Assembly: GCA_963667015.2 (NCBI GenBank)
Contig: CAXXJJ010000001.1
Coordinates: 1,120,001 to 1,184,000, forward strand
From: Desulfatiglandales bacterium
GTDB taxonomy: Bacteria; Desulfobacterota; DSM-4660; Desulfatiglandales; HGW-15
Length of the DNA stretch: 64,000 nucleotides
Direction of reading: 5' to 3'
Every line of letters begins with the position of its first letter. Position 1 is the first letter of the stretch. Under the pieces are notes generated by a model that was not told where the DNA came from, searched no databases, and saw nothing but the letters and a program-made list of their open reading frames with translations. The translations under genes were made by a program, and so were the position numbers. Positions 19,838 through 29,049 of the stretch are shown here, in pieces.

Positions 19838-20107
19838 ATGAGCGAACAAAAAGTTAGTGTTGCAGATGCAAAAAAAAACCTTTCCGAACTTTTAGGGAAA
19901 GTAGCTTATGGAAAGGAACAAATTATAATAACAAAAAGAGGAAGGCCAATGGCCCGACTTGTCCCTGCTGAAGGTTCAGCCGGACACCTTGGCGATGTCA
20001 AAGGATGGCTTGATGATAATGACCCATTTTTTGATACTATCGGAACGATTGTCGAAAAGAGAGCCAGTCATATACCAAGGATTCTTAAACAGAAAATGGA
20101 CAAATAA
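19838..20107 (+). CDS. Phd/YefM-family antitoxin
   Basis: VSVADAK..LSELL..V...EQIIITKRGRPMA.L. ATG 19838 follows GAGG. Confidence 0.9.
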   Translation: MSEQKVSVADAKKNLSELLGKVAYGKEQIIITKRGRPMARLVPAEGSAGHLGDVKGWLDDNDPFFDTIGTIVEKRASHIPRILKQKMDK

Positions 20108-20511
20108 TGTATCTGCTTGATACAAACATTCTGAGCGAATTAGTTAAAAAGAAACCCAATCCGAATTTCATCTCAAAACTTAAATCAGTACCACCCCAAT
20201 CACTCTATACATCCAGTATTTGCATATTTGAGCTGCGATTTGGAAGCGTGTTAAGGGATGATTTCAATATTTTCTGGCAGCGAATAATGGATTCTATTCT
20301 TTCTCGAATCTCAACTCTGAACTTTGGAGATGAAGAAGCTCATATAGCCGGAGATATTCTGGCTCAACTTCAGAAAAAAGGTCAAATACTTGGAGTCGAA
20401 GATGTATACATTGCCGCAACAGCCCTTTCCAATAAATGTACTCTTATCACAGCTAACACCAAACATTATAAAAGGATTGATGGGCTTAAGCTGGAAAACT
20501 GGATAATATAA
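20107..20511 (+). CDS. vapC: VapC PIN-domain toxin
   Basis: YLLDTN..SE, EL..G, D..IAATA and T.N.KHY. Coupled to the antitoxin (TAATG). Confidence 0.9.
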   Translation: MYLLDTNILSELVKKKPNPNFISKLKSVPPQSLYTSSICIFELRFGSVLRDDFNIFWQRIMDSILSRISTLNFGDEEAHIAGDILAQLQKKGQILGVEDVYIAATALSNKCTLITANTKHYKRIDGLKLENWII

Positions 20512-20542
20512 AAGGTCTGCCTGCAGAAATTCATCATCATAA

Positions 20543-20760
20543 ACCTGTTCCATAAATTTATGGAACAGGTAAGGAATTTTGCATTGAAGCTCTATAACTC
20601 ATTGAATTATAGGGTGATATTGCGAATTGGCTTTCCAAAGCCTATGGACACTTTAGAAACCCTCCCAATCACCATTTTTTCGCTCGGTTGACGATGGTGG
20701 ATAGTTAAAAAAAAGGTTTGTAATCAATATCGGCAATAATGCTAATGTGAGCAAAATTGC
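20543..20760. repeat. Dispersed element, copy 2
   Basis: 28-bp perfect palindrome ACCTGTTCCATAAATTTATGGAACAGGT, then the shared body. Ends in the middle of its terminal hairpin, at the livM fragment junction. Confidence 0.85.
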
Positions 20761-21070
20761 TTCTATAGGTGGTAGTCTTTATGCCTATTATATAAGTTTT
20801 ATTGATCCAACAAGCTTTACTATCATGGAATCGATCTTCATGCTCTCTATAGTTATTATCGGCGGTGCTGGAAATTTAAAAGGCTCTATTATTGGGGCTG
20901 CTCTTTTGATATCCATCCCTGAGATACTTAGATTTGTCGGGATGCCAAACACGATAGCCGCAAACATGAGACAGATATTTTATGGAATCCTGATCGTTTT
21001 TTTTATGATGTTTAGACCTCAGGGTCTTTTAGGTAAACATGCCTTCCGAGATAAAGTGGTTATTAAATGA
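20756..21070 (+). pseudogene. 5'-truncated branched-chain amino acid ABC permease (LivM C-terminus)
   Basis: GGSLYA...FIDP..F, IIGG.G...G..IGA and RPQGLLG motifs. Only ~100 aa; the N-terminus is replaced by the repeat element. Confidence 0.75.
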
Positions 21071-21855
21071 ATAGTTTTTTACTGAATGCTAAAAATCTTG
21101 AGAAACATTTTAATGGTATCAAAGCCCTTGATGATTTTTCCACTTCTATTCAAAAAGATGAAATACTCGGCCTGATTGGCCCTAATGGTGCTGGAAAGAC
21201 AACTCTTTTCAATGTACTTACCGGTTTTATCCCTCCTGATAATGGAAATATAATTTTGAATAAAAAAGACATTACCAATGTTGCTCCATATAAAATAGCC
21301 AATCTGGGTGTAAGTAGAACCTTTCAGAATCTTCGCTTAATTCAGCAGATAAGTGTCCTTGATAATGTATTGCTTTCCTTTAGGGATCAACCAGGTGAAA
21401 AACTCAGGAATGTGTTTTTTCGATGGAAAAAGAGCAAAGCACAGGAAAACATTAACCGGAAAGAGGCTCTTGAACTGCTTGAGCAAACAGGATTAAGGCA
21501 AAAAGCAAATGATCCTGCTGAAGACCTATCATGTGGTCAGCAAAAGCTTTTAAGCCTTGTATGCTGCCTTGCTGCCAAATCTGATCTCCTTTTACTTGAT
21601 GAACCTGTTGCAGGTATTGCACCTGCCATGATTGAAAAAATTCTGGAGATAATAAAAAAACTTCGTGCACAAGGAAAGTCTGTAATCATCATTGAACACA
21701 ACATGGACGTAATTATGGAAATATGTGATCGTGTTATTTTTATGGATATGGGGAAAAAGATTTGTGAAGGGACACCGGAAGAGGTGAGGAATGATCCGAG
21801 GGTTATAGAGGCATTTGTGGGAAGTCAGATGCATGGTGTGAGGTTCAAGGTTTAA
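21067..21855 (+). CDS. livG: Branched-chain amino acid ABC ATPase, LivG-like
   Basis: GPNGAGKTT, RTFQN, LLDEP, IEHNM and GTP.EV..DP.VIEA. Confidence 0.85.
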   Translation: MNSFLLNAKNLEKHFNGIKALDDFSTSIQKDEILGLIGPNGAGKTTLFNVLTGFIPPDNGNIILNKKDITNVAPYKIANLGVSRTFQNLRLIQQISVLDNVLLSFRDQPGEKLRNVFFRWKKSKAQENINRKEALELLEQTGLRQKANDPAEDLSCGQQKLLSLVCCLAAKSDLLLLDEPVAGIAPAMIEKILEIIKKLRAQGKSVIIIEHNMDVIMEICDRVIFMDMGKKICEGTPEEVRNDPRVIEAFVGSQMHGVRFKV

Positions 21856-21889
21856 GGTTAAAAGCATAAAAAATAATAAAACTTATTTT

Positions 21890-22086
21890 AACCACGAACC
21901 ACACTAAATACACGAAAATAAAAACAACTTTATGTTTTTGATTTAAAAATGAAAAAACTTTCAGTGTATTTCGAGTGGTTAGTTGTATTCCAATATCGAA
22001 TCACTACTTCGGATTTAAAAGAAAAAAGCGAAGTAAGAAAAAATACAGATTTTTGTTAATGAAAAACTTTTCGTGTGTTTCGTGGT
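21890..22086. repeat. 9-nt-period inverted arms, pair 2
   Basis: Forward AACCACGAACCACACTAAATACACGAAAA (21890-21918). Reverse arms TTTCAGTGTATTTCGAGTGGTT (~21959-21980) and TTTTCGTGTGTTTCGTGGT (22068-22086). Confidence 0.8.
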
Positions 22087-22092
22087 AACTGA

Positions 22093-22803
22093 ATGAAAAA
22101 AATTCTTGAAATATCAAATCTTGAAACCGGCTACGGCAAAAAGCAGGTTTTGTTTGGTCTGTCCCTCGATGTTAAGCAGGGTGAGATAGTCGCTATTATA
22201 GGACCTAATGGCTCTGGTAAATCCACAGTACTTAAAACTGTTTGCGGACTTATCCAGCCCTGGCTGGGAGAAATCCTGTTTGATAGTAACGTAATTAATG
22301 GCTCTGATCCTGCTGAAAATGTTGCCCGCGGCATTACATTTTGCCCCCAGGGGAATCTTGTTTTTCATGACATGACTGTTATGGAAAATCTTGAGATAGG
22401 GGGATTTCCTTTAAAACGTAAAGAAGCAAAAGAACGTATTTCAGAAGTTCTGGAAACATTCCCGGTACTTAAAGATCGCCTTAAACAGGACGCAGGCAAA
22501 CTCTCAGGCGGAGAACAACAGATGGTTGCTCTTGCACGCGCTCTTGTCCCTAAACCCAAGCTCCTCATGCTTGATGAACCATCATTAGGCCTCTCACCAA
22601 AATTGATTGGTGTTGTCTTTGATAAGATCATAGAAATAAATAAAAAAAATGGCGTTACATTCCTTATAGTTGAGCAGAAAGTTCGTGAGGTTCTGGAGAT
22701 ATGCGAAAGGGTGTATTCCATAAAGCTTGGGAAAAATGCCTTTGAAGGGCAGCCGGATGAATTGAAGGAAAATAAAGGAAAGCAGAAAGAATTATTTCTC
22801 TAA
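22093..22803 (+). CDS. livF: Branched-chain amino acid ABC ATPase, LivF-like
   Basis: GPNGSGKST, LSGGEQQM, LDEPSLGL and VEQ. Confidence 0.85.
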   Translation: MKKILEISNLETGYGKKQVLFGLSLDVKQGEIVAIIGPNGSGKSTVLKTVCGLIQPWLGEILFDSNVINGSDPAENVARGITFCPQGNLVFHDMTVMENLEIGGFPLKRKEAKERISEVLETFPVLKDRLKQDAGKLSGGEQQMVALARALVPKPKLLMLDEPSLGLSPKLIGVVFDKIIEINKKNGVTFLIVEQKVREVLEICERVYSIKLGKNAFEGQPDELKENKGKQKELFL

Positions 22804-22954
22804 ACTCTTCTTGTTCTATCAGATATTGAAGCGATCCGGATTTTTGATGATATAATTAATATTCATGAAAAATAGAATATATAATTAATTTTCATAGACA
22901 ATAATCATTTTTCATGCCACAATACCCAGGTAAATATAAGGGGTATTCATAAAA

Positions 22955-24493
22955 ATGAAAATATATAATCAAAATTCAAAGAATATAATCGTTTTTCACG
23001 ACTTTCCGGCTTTGGAAGAGGGGAGCAGTTTAGCCGGGTATTCGGCTCTGATTATAGCCTATGATCTAAAAGTGCCTGTTCCTGATTACCTTTGCGCTAT
23101 TGGTACCAAACATAAAAAATATGATTTTGAACGCTGGAATATTTTTACCCCGCGCCATAAACCGGAAGATACACTTTATGGACACCTGATTTTTGCGCTT
23201 AAATATGAAGGCATTGATCTGGCAGTTCTTAATGCGCTGTTTCAAAAAATTAAAGCCAATGAAATTTGTGAGATTATCCTTTCGGAACCGACAGGCAGTT
23301 ATAGCCGAAGAGTGTGGTTTTTATGGGAATGGCTGCGTGATGAGAAACTGGATATTAAGGACGCATCAGCAGGGAATTTTGTTCCGCTCATTGACAGTAA
23401 ATTACAATATGAAGGGAAATCATATCCATCCAGACGCCACCGGGTTCGTAATAACCTGCCCGGTACGCACAATTTTTGTCCTTTAATTAGAAAAACCGAA
23501 AAGCTTGAAAACTTTATTGGAAAGAACCTGTCAGAAAAAGCCGTAAAAAATATCGGGCAGACACACTCCGATCTTTTACGCCGTGCCGCTGCTTTTCTAT
23601 TGCTGAAAGATTCAAAGGCCTCTTATACAATCGAAGGAGAGACTCCGCCACATAATCGGATAGAACGATGGGGGCGGGTCATAGGTGAAGCAGGAAGGCG
23701 TAAACTCAGTATTTCAGAACTGGAATATTTGCAAAAAATCCTTATCGCGGATATTCGATTTATCGAACCGGGGTTGCGAAAAGAAGGCGGTTTTGTTGGT
23801 GAACATGACCGCGCTTCCGGAATGCCTATGCCAGATCACATCTCGGCTCGCCCGGATGATTTAAAGGATTTGCTCTCAGGACTTGTCGATACATATTCTA
23901 TTCTTTGCGAGGAGGATTTTGATGCTGTTTTATTAGCGACGATCATTGCCTTTGGCTTTGTCTTTATTCATCCTTTTGAAGATGGGAATGGCAGGATTCA
24001 TCGTTATTTGATTCATCATGTTCTGGCAGAAAAAGGTTTTGTTCCGAAAGGATTAATATTCCCTGTATCCGCTGTAATTCTGGATCGGATAGAGGGATAC
24101 AGAAAGACATTGGAACATTTTTCAAAGACAAGGCTTGATTTAATCAAATGGAGGCCAACAGAGAAAAACAATGTCGAGGTTTTAAATGAGACTATTGATT
24201 TGTATCGTTATTATGATGCAACGAAACAGGCCGAGTTCTTATTTGAGTGTGTTGAAGAAACAGTAAATAAAACGCTTCCTGAGGAAGTTGCATATCTTAA
24301 AAAATACGACATTTTAAATGAGTTTATCAAAAACTATATTGATATGCCTGATAAACTTGTTGATTTACTCATACGCCTCATTACCCAAAACGATGGGAAA
24401 CTCTCAAAACGAGCAAGGAAAAGGGAATTTGAAAAATTGACCGATAATGAAATTAACGCGATTGAGGAAAAATACGCCGAGATTTTTGCTTAA
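22955..24493 (+). CDS. Fic-domain protein
   Basis: Canonical HPFEDGNGRIHR Fic motif. Confidence 0.9.
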   Translation: MKIYNQNSKNIIVFHDFPALEEGSSLAGYSALIIAYDLKVPVPDYLCAIGTKHKKYDFERWNIFTPRHKPEDTLYGHLIFALKYEGIDLAVLNALFQKIKANEICEIILSEPTGSYSRRVWFLWEWLRDEKLDIKDASAGNFVPLIDSKLQYEGKSYPSRRHRVRNNLPGTHNFCPLIRKTEKLENFIGKNLSEKAVKNIGQTHSDLLRRAAAFLLLKDSKASYTIEGETPPHNRIERWGRVIGEAGRRKLSISELEYLQKILIADIRFIEPGLRKEGGFVGEHDRASGMPMPDHISARPDDLKDLLSGLVDTYSILCEEDFDAVLLATIIAFGFVFIHPFEDGNGRIHRYLIHHVLAEKGFVPKGLIFPVSAVILDRIEGYRKTLEHFSKTRLDLIKWRPTEKNNVEVLNETIDLYRYYDATKQAEFLFECVEETVNKTLPEEVAYLKKYDILNEFIKNYIDMPDKLVDLLIRLITQNDGKLSKRARKREFEKLTDNEINAIEEKYAEIFA

Positions 24494-24620
24494 ATACCTG
24501 GCTTTGATATTCCAGTACCTTATTGTTAATTCGGATTTTGAAGGGCCAGTTGTCTGTTGACTGATGCATCCCAATAAGGCATCATTGTATGCATAAAAGA
24601 TCATATTTGAGAGGATTATT

Positions 24621-24818
24621 ATGAGGACAACAATCAACATTGAAGACAGTCTTATTGATAAAGCTTCCAAATTAACCGGAATTAAGGAGAAGACCTCGCT
24701 GGTTAAGCTTGGCCTGGAAGCACTTATAGCAAGAGAAAGCAGTAAAAGGCTTGCAAAACTTGGGGGAAGTGAAAAAGAGATCTCATCTGTTCCGCGCAGG
24801 AAGCCTCAGAATGTCTGA
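24621..24818 (+). CDS. vapB: VapB-family antitoxin (RHH)
   Basis: MRTTINIED.L...A..LTG..EKT.LV..GL.ALI.RE...RLA.LGG. Confidence 0.85.
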   Translation: MRTTINIEDSLIDKASKLTGIKEKTSLVKLGLEALIARESSKRLAKLGGSEKEISSVPRRKPQNV

Positions 24819-24920
24819 ACTTATTCTTGTTGATAAACCGATGTGGACAAATCTTTGAGAAAGGCCGCTAATAAACTCTCCATAGAGTATAGTGCCATAT
24901 TCAATAACTGGGTAAACTGA
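24811..24920 (+). pseudogene. Internally deleted vapC remnant
   Basis: MSELILVD (PIN start) overlaps the vapB end and is joined out of frame to DKSLRKAANKLSIEY (PIN C-terminus). Confidence 0.6.
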
Positions 24921-24942
24921 AAAAATGATCTCTTCAATCATT

Positions 24943-24971
24943 AACCACGAACCACACGAAATACACGAAAA
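24943..24971 (+). repeat. 9-nt-period forward arm, left boundary of the kinase cassette
   Basis: AACCACGAACCACACGAAATACACGAAAA. Confidence 0.8.
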
Positions 24972-25115
24972 ATAATATTTATTAATGCATTTTTCATTCT
25001 TTTAATGTATTTAATATGTAAGCTTTCCTTTAGATTAATCCTTGGCTTAATTATTATATGAATCATAAGCATCAAATACAAACCACTCTTTTCTAACTAT
25101 CTTGGAATATAAAAA

Positions 25116-26000
25116 ATGGTGGATAAACCTGATATACATAAAATAACCGAAATTATACCAGAGGCATCAAACCTGGAAGAAATCGGATCCGGTGGATTCA
25201 AGGTTGTCTTTAAGGCAAATATCGGAGATAAAACTGAAGCTGTCAAATTAGTACAAATCCCGAGTGATGAGGATAACGAAGATGTCAGAGAGGAAAATCT
25301 GAGAAGAATTATTAGAGAAATAGATATCCTCAAAAAAGCAACAAGCCCATACCTGGTGAAACTTGGTTCAATAGAACCACGACCGTGCAAAATTGATGAT
25401 ATTGAATATGTAGTATATTCGGAAGAGTATTTGGACGGGAAAAGCTTGAGACAAATGATTCAATCCGATTATAGTCCCGATAAAAATGAAATGGCGGAAT
25501 TAGCAATTTGTATGTTTGAGGCTATCCATGAATTAGCAGGGCTCAATGTTATCCATCGCGATATTAAACCCGATAATATTATACAAACTTGCGCTCCTGA
25601 AAGACCGTTTGTTTTGCTGGATCTAGGAATCGCTTTTCATATTGGCGGAACCAAATTAACAAAGGACAGTAACAGAATCCCGGGAACTCTATACTATATA
25701 GCTCCTGAGATGCTTGATCAAAATTTTAGGCAAAACCTTGATTACAGGGCAGATCTTTATACAATAGCTTTGACATTATACGAGTTTGCTTCAGGTGATA
25801 ATCCTTTTGCTAATGTGGGTGATCCTCAATTTACCACTCTCTATAGGATTAAAACTCAGAAGCCGAAACCATTGAAAGAACTTCGAAATGATTTGCCTGA
25901 TGCATTGTGCAAATTGATTGATCAACTAATGAGGAAAGTCCCAGCGCTTCGGCCTGCCAACTTTAATAGACTGATGGATCAGATGGAGGCAATCAGATGA
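25116..26000 (+). CDS. Hanks-type Ser/Thr protein kinase (kinase domain only)
   Basis: GSGGFKVV, AVK, HRDIKPDN, DLG, APE and ADLY. No TM or sensor domain. Confidence 0.9.
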   Translation: MVDKPDIHKITEIIPEASNLEEIGSGGFKVVFKANIGDKTEAVKLVQIPSDEDNEDVREENLRRIIREIDILKKATSPYLVKLGSIEPRPCKIDDIEYVVYSEEYLDGKSLRQMIQSDYSPDKNEMAELAICMFEAIHELAGLNVIHRDIKPDNIIQTCAPERPFVLLDLGIAFHIGGTKLTKDSNRIPGTLYYIAPEMLDQNFRQNLDYRADLYTIALTLYEFASGDNPFANVGDPQFTTLYRIKTQKPKPLKELRNDLPDALCKLIDQLMRKVPALRPANFNRLMDQMEAIR

Positions 26001-27175
26001 AACTGTATGCACAAATAGGCCACGGCCTTGGTGATAAAGTAAATAAAGGTTTATCAGAGAATTTGATAGATGGAGCGATTTTTAGCCCGAAAGACCTGCA
26101 AAAAAGTACAATGATAGAGAAGATAAGCGGAATGCGAAATGATTTCTCTGATGCAGAAATATTAATTGATCCGCAATTCTATGTAAGTTTGTATTCAAGT
26201 TCGCCTGAAATAAATGTAGGGAAAATATTTGATTGGGATTATTTCAAATCTTATCGTAAAGGTCAGTTGGAGTTAAATGAGGCTATAGATAAAGTTCTAA
26301 ACGAGTACTTTCAGGAAATAGTAGAATTTAAAACTACAGGAGTGATTTCTCCAAATATTTATATTTCACAGTCATTTGATTCACGTGAAGCAGTTATTGC
26401 AAAGAACTTTATCAGACAGGCAAAAAAAATCTATGATTCAATTGGAGATACAAGGCCACTTTATACAAGCCTGATAGTATCGCGTGAGACATTGCAGGAC
26501 CGCCGTGAATTTGAAGAATTTATAAATGATATCACGCTACTTGATAATCCGCCTGATGGCTTTTATCTTATTGTAGCAAGCCGGTCGACAGAAGCCCTTT
26601 CTGATATTTACCATACAGATGTTGTGGCAAACTGGATGTTTTTGAATTTATCCCTTTCTATAAATGGGTTCCAGGTAATTAATGGCTATTCCGACCTTTT
26701 AACACCCTTTCTTGGAGTGGCAGGCGGAACTGCCGGGGCCACGGGCTGGTTTTCAAATCTTAGGATGTTTTCGATGGACAGATTTTATCCTGCATCCGGA
26801 GGCAGGGTGCCAATCATCAGGTACTTGAGTAAATCACTATTGAATAGAGTCACATTTTCAGAAAAAGATGCTATAAGTCAATTTGTTCCTGCGGTTATAA
26901 ATGGTCTCTCTCATGATGCAGATTATAATCCTGAACCGGAGCGTTCCGAAGAGATTTTGCAATCATGGGAAGCAATCGGTTCATTGAATAATGAATTGGA
27001 AGATGATGATATTGAAGAAGGGCTTAATAAATCTAAAATACTAATTCAACAGGCTGAGCAGATATATAGTGAAATTGCATCTTCAGGAATACAGCTTGAT
27101 AAAAAATCACGTAATGATCACGTCCAGCCTTTACTTGAAGGGTTGCGGCAATTTAAGGAACGTGCAGAATTATGA
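25997..27175 (+). CDS. Hypothetical protein coupled to the kinase (possibly beta-protein/sce7725-like)
   Basis: 392-aa ORF with ATGA overlap to the kinase. G.IFSP, IDPQFY, P.GFY and A.GWF..LR motifs. Family assignment tentative. Confidence 0.6.
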   Translation: MKLYAQIGHGLGDKVNKGLSENLIDGAIFSPKDLQKSTMIEKISGMRNDFSDAEILIDPQFYVSLYSSSPEINVGKIFDWDYFKSYRKGQLELNEAIDKVLNEYFQEIVEFKTTGVISPNIYISQSFDSREAVIAKNFIRQAKKIYDSIGDTRPLYTSLIVSRETLQDRREFEEFINDITLLDNPPDGFYLIVASRSTEALSDIYHTDVVANWMFLNLSLSINGFQVINGYSDLLTPFLGVAGGTAGATGWFSNLRMFSMDRFYPASGGRVPIIRYLSKSLLNRVTFSEKDAISQFVPAVINGLSHDADYNPEPERSEEILQSWEAIGSLNNELEDDDIEEGLNKSKILIQQAEQIYSEIASSGIQLDKKSRNDHVQPLLEGLRQFKERAEL

Positions 27176-27745
27176 AAGCATTGCCTGATTGGCAATTTGA
27201 ATAGCCTTTTGTCCGTATTTTGGAATGAATTGTTGCTTGGGGCGTGGAGTAAAAAGACAGGAAATAGTTCCCCTTTCTTTTGAAAATCCCCAAAGACCCA
27301 CACGCAACTTTTTGAACATATCTAATTGTGATTCAATCTGTTTTAATTTTTCCAGCGGTAATACAAGTATGGAAGCATGAGAGAAATATTTGTAGCGATG
27401 AGCCTGCATAACACCTTTACGCCAGTCTTTAAGTTTGAACTCAAAAGCCCGGACAGTTGGATTATATTTTTCAAGATTAACTTCAGCAGTATTTTGTTGC
27501 GTTAAATCATTTGCCCAGTTGAAAACAAGCAAATCTGCTATCCCGTTTCCCGAAATCGGAACTTCGCGCATGAAAAGAGTATTTTTTCTATTAGTTCCGG
27601 TATGAATTTTTAAAAAGTTTTCATAGTAAGACTCTGTGAATTGTTGAGCGAACTCTTCCTCTGGATTTCTTCTAGGTATTTTAGCGGAGAAATTCATTTG
27701 TGGGTTATGAAATTTATATTCCAATATGTCAGAATAATCATTCAT
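27170..27745 (-). CDS. PD-(D/E)xK restriction-fold protein (sce7726/MmcB-like)
   Basis: REV....GIADL...AFEFK..DW.KG..QA..Y signature. GAGG RBS. Stop overlaps the convergent gene. Confidence 0.65.
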   Translation of the reverse strand: MNDYSDILEYKFHNPQMNFSAKIPRRNPEEEFAQQFTESYYENFLKIHTGTNRKNTLFMREVPISGNGIADLLVFNWANDLTQQNTAEVNLEKYNPTVRAFEFKLKDWRKGVMQAHRYKYFSHASILVLPLEKLKQIESQLDMFKKLRVGLWGFSKERGTISCLFTPRPKQQFIPKYGQKAIQIANQAMLS

Positions 27746-27859
27746 TCAATAAGGCCTCTTATTAATTACTGCACTATGATTTATCATTGATAATATAATA
27801 ATGCAATTATCAAATTCACGTGCTTAAAAAAGAAAAAAGTAATTTGTTTTACTTAAAAC

Positions 27860-27884
27860 TTTTTGTGTTTAGAGTGGTTCATGG
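27860..27884 (-). repeat. Degenerate 9-nt-period reverse arm, right boundary of the kinase cassette
   Basis: TTTTTGTGTTTAGAGTGGTTCATGG, preceded by AAAACT like the other reverse arms. Confidence 0.55.
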
Positions 27885-27894
27885 AAAAAATATA

Positions 27895-28214
27895 ATGGGT
27901 GTAACAGCAGAAAACATGACTTACCTCGAATTGATTTATAGAGAGAAGTGAAGGCCGATGTTCACCTTCTTTCCATCGAACCATTGCTTGAAGATTTAGG
28001 CGATATCAATTTATCAGATATACACTGGAGTATTGTTGGTGGAGAATCAGGACCAAAGGCCAGACCTATGAAAGCCGAAAGGGTAAATAAAATTAAAAAA
28101 CAATGTAAAGAATATAATTTGCCCTTTTTCTTTAAGCAGTGGAGAGGATGGGGCGCAGACTGCATTAAAAGGCCCAAAAAACAAAATGGCAGATTACTTC
28201 TTGGGCGAACCTAG
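27895..28214 (+). pseudogene. DUF5131 (phage Gp37/Gp68) C-terminal remnant
   Basis: GVT.EN, RID, S.EPLL, W.IVGGESGP.ARPM and FFFKQW motifs. Broken frame, no N-terminus, premature TAG. Confidence 0.75.
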
Positions 28215-28419
28215 GACAGGTAAGGAATTTTGTATTGAAACTCTATAAGTAATTGAATTATAGTGGGTTATATTGCGAATTGGCTTTCTAAAACCTATGG
28301 ACACCTTACTAAACCTCCAAACCACCATTTTTGTGCGTGGCTGGCGACGATGGATGGTTAAAAGAAGGTTTGTAATCAATATCGGCAATAATGCTAATGT
28401 GAGCAAAATTGCCGATATT
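28214..28419. repeat. Dispersed element, copy 3
   Basis: Retains only the right tip of the palindrome (GGACAGGT) and the shared body. Has the complete terminal inverted repeat AATATCGGCAAT...ATTGCCGATATT. Confidence 0.85.
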
Positions 28420-28636
28420 CGATTTAAAAAATTAATCCACACTCCACCAAATCGCTGAAAAGCATGTCTGGCTTGAGTTCATGGTCGAGCTATTACTTTG
28501 CATCATAAAAATTACACTTCCTGATTTAGTGAATTACAATGGAGATAAAGAAAAGATAGGCTGGATGGTATTTAGGTATAATCGAAATCTGTGAGCGTGG
28601 TAACCGCACACCACGAAAATACTTAAAACAGAAGTT

Positions 28637-28724
28637 AACCGCGAAACACACGAAATACGCGAAAATAAAAACATAAATATTTTTCTTTTTTAAAACTTTT
28701 GAGCCTTTCGTGTATTTCGTGGTT
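28637..28724. repeat. 9-nt-period inverted arms, pair 4
   Basis: AACCGCGAAACACACGAAATACGCGAAAA ... TTTCGTGTATTTCGTGGTT. Confidence 0.8.
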
Positions 28725-28797
28725 TAAATGTATTATTCTTGATTCTTGTACCGTTTTTCGGTACTATTACGGCTCAATCATAATGGAGATTATAATA

Positions 28798-29049
28798 ATG
28801 CCTGAAACAACATCCAATATTTTTCGAAAGACATTAAAATCCCAGGTGGATAATACAATTGCCAACCACGAAGTGCTCAGGGTCAAAAGGCGAAATGGTG
28901 AAAATTTTGTTGTAATTGGTGAAAAAGACTGGGAGGCAATCGAGGAAACACTTTACCTTAATCAGTTTCCAGGACTTGTTGACAGCATTCATGAAGCTGA
29001 CAGAGAGCCACTCGAAGAAGGCACACCTTTTGAGGAATTGGACTGGTGA
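28798..29049 (+). CDS. yefM: Phd/YefM-family antitoxin
   Basis: FRK.LK..VD, V.I...DW.AIEETLYL....G. ATG 28798 follows GGAG. Confidence 0.85.
   Translation: MPETTSNIFRKTLKSQVDNTIANHEVLRVKRRNGENFVVIGEKDWEAIEETLYLNQFPGLVDSIHEADREPLEEGTPFEELDW

Noticed and set aside
28273..28458. 61-aa ORF MRIGFLKPMD...
   Set aside because: It lies within the dispersed non-coding element, and the frame is not preserved in the other copies.
19515..28724. Repeats as a CRISPR array or integron attC sites
   Set aside because: There is no constant repeat/unique spacer periodicity and no cas genes. There are also no RYYYAAC/GTTRRRY box pairs or integrase.
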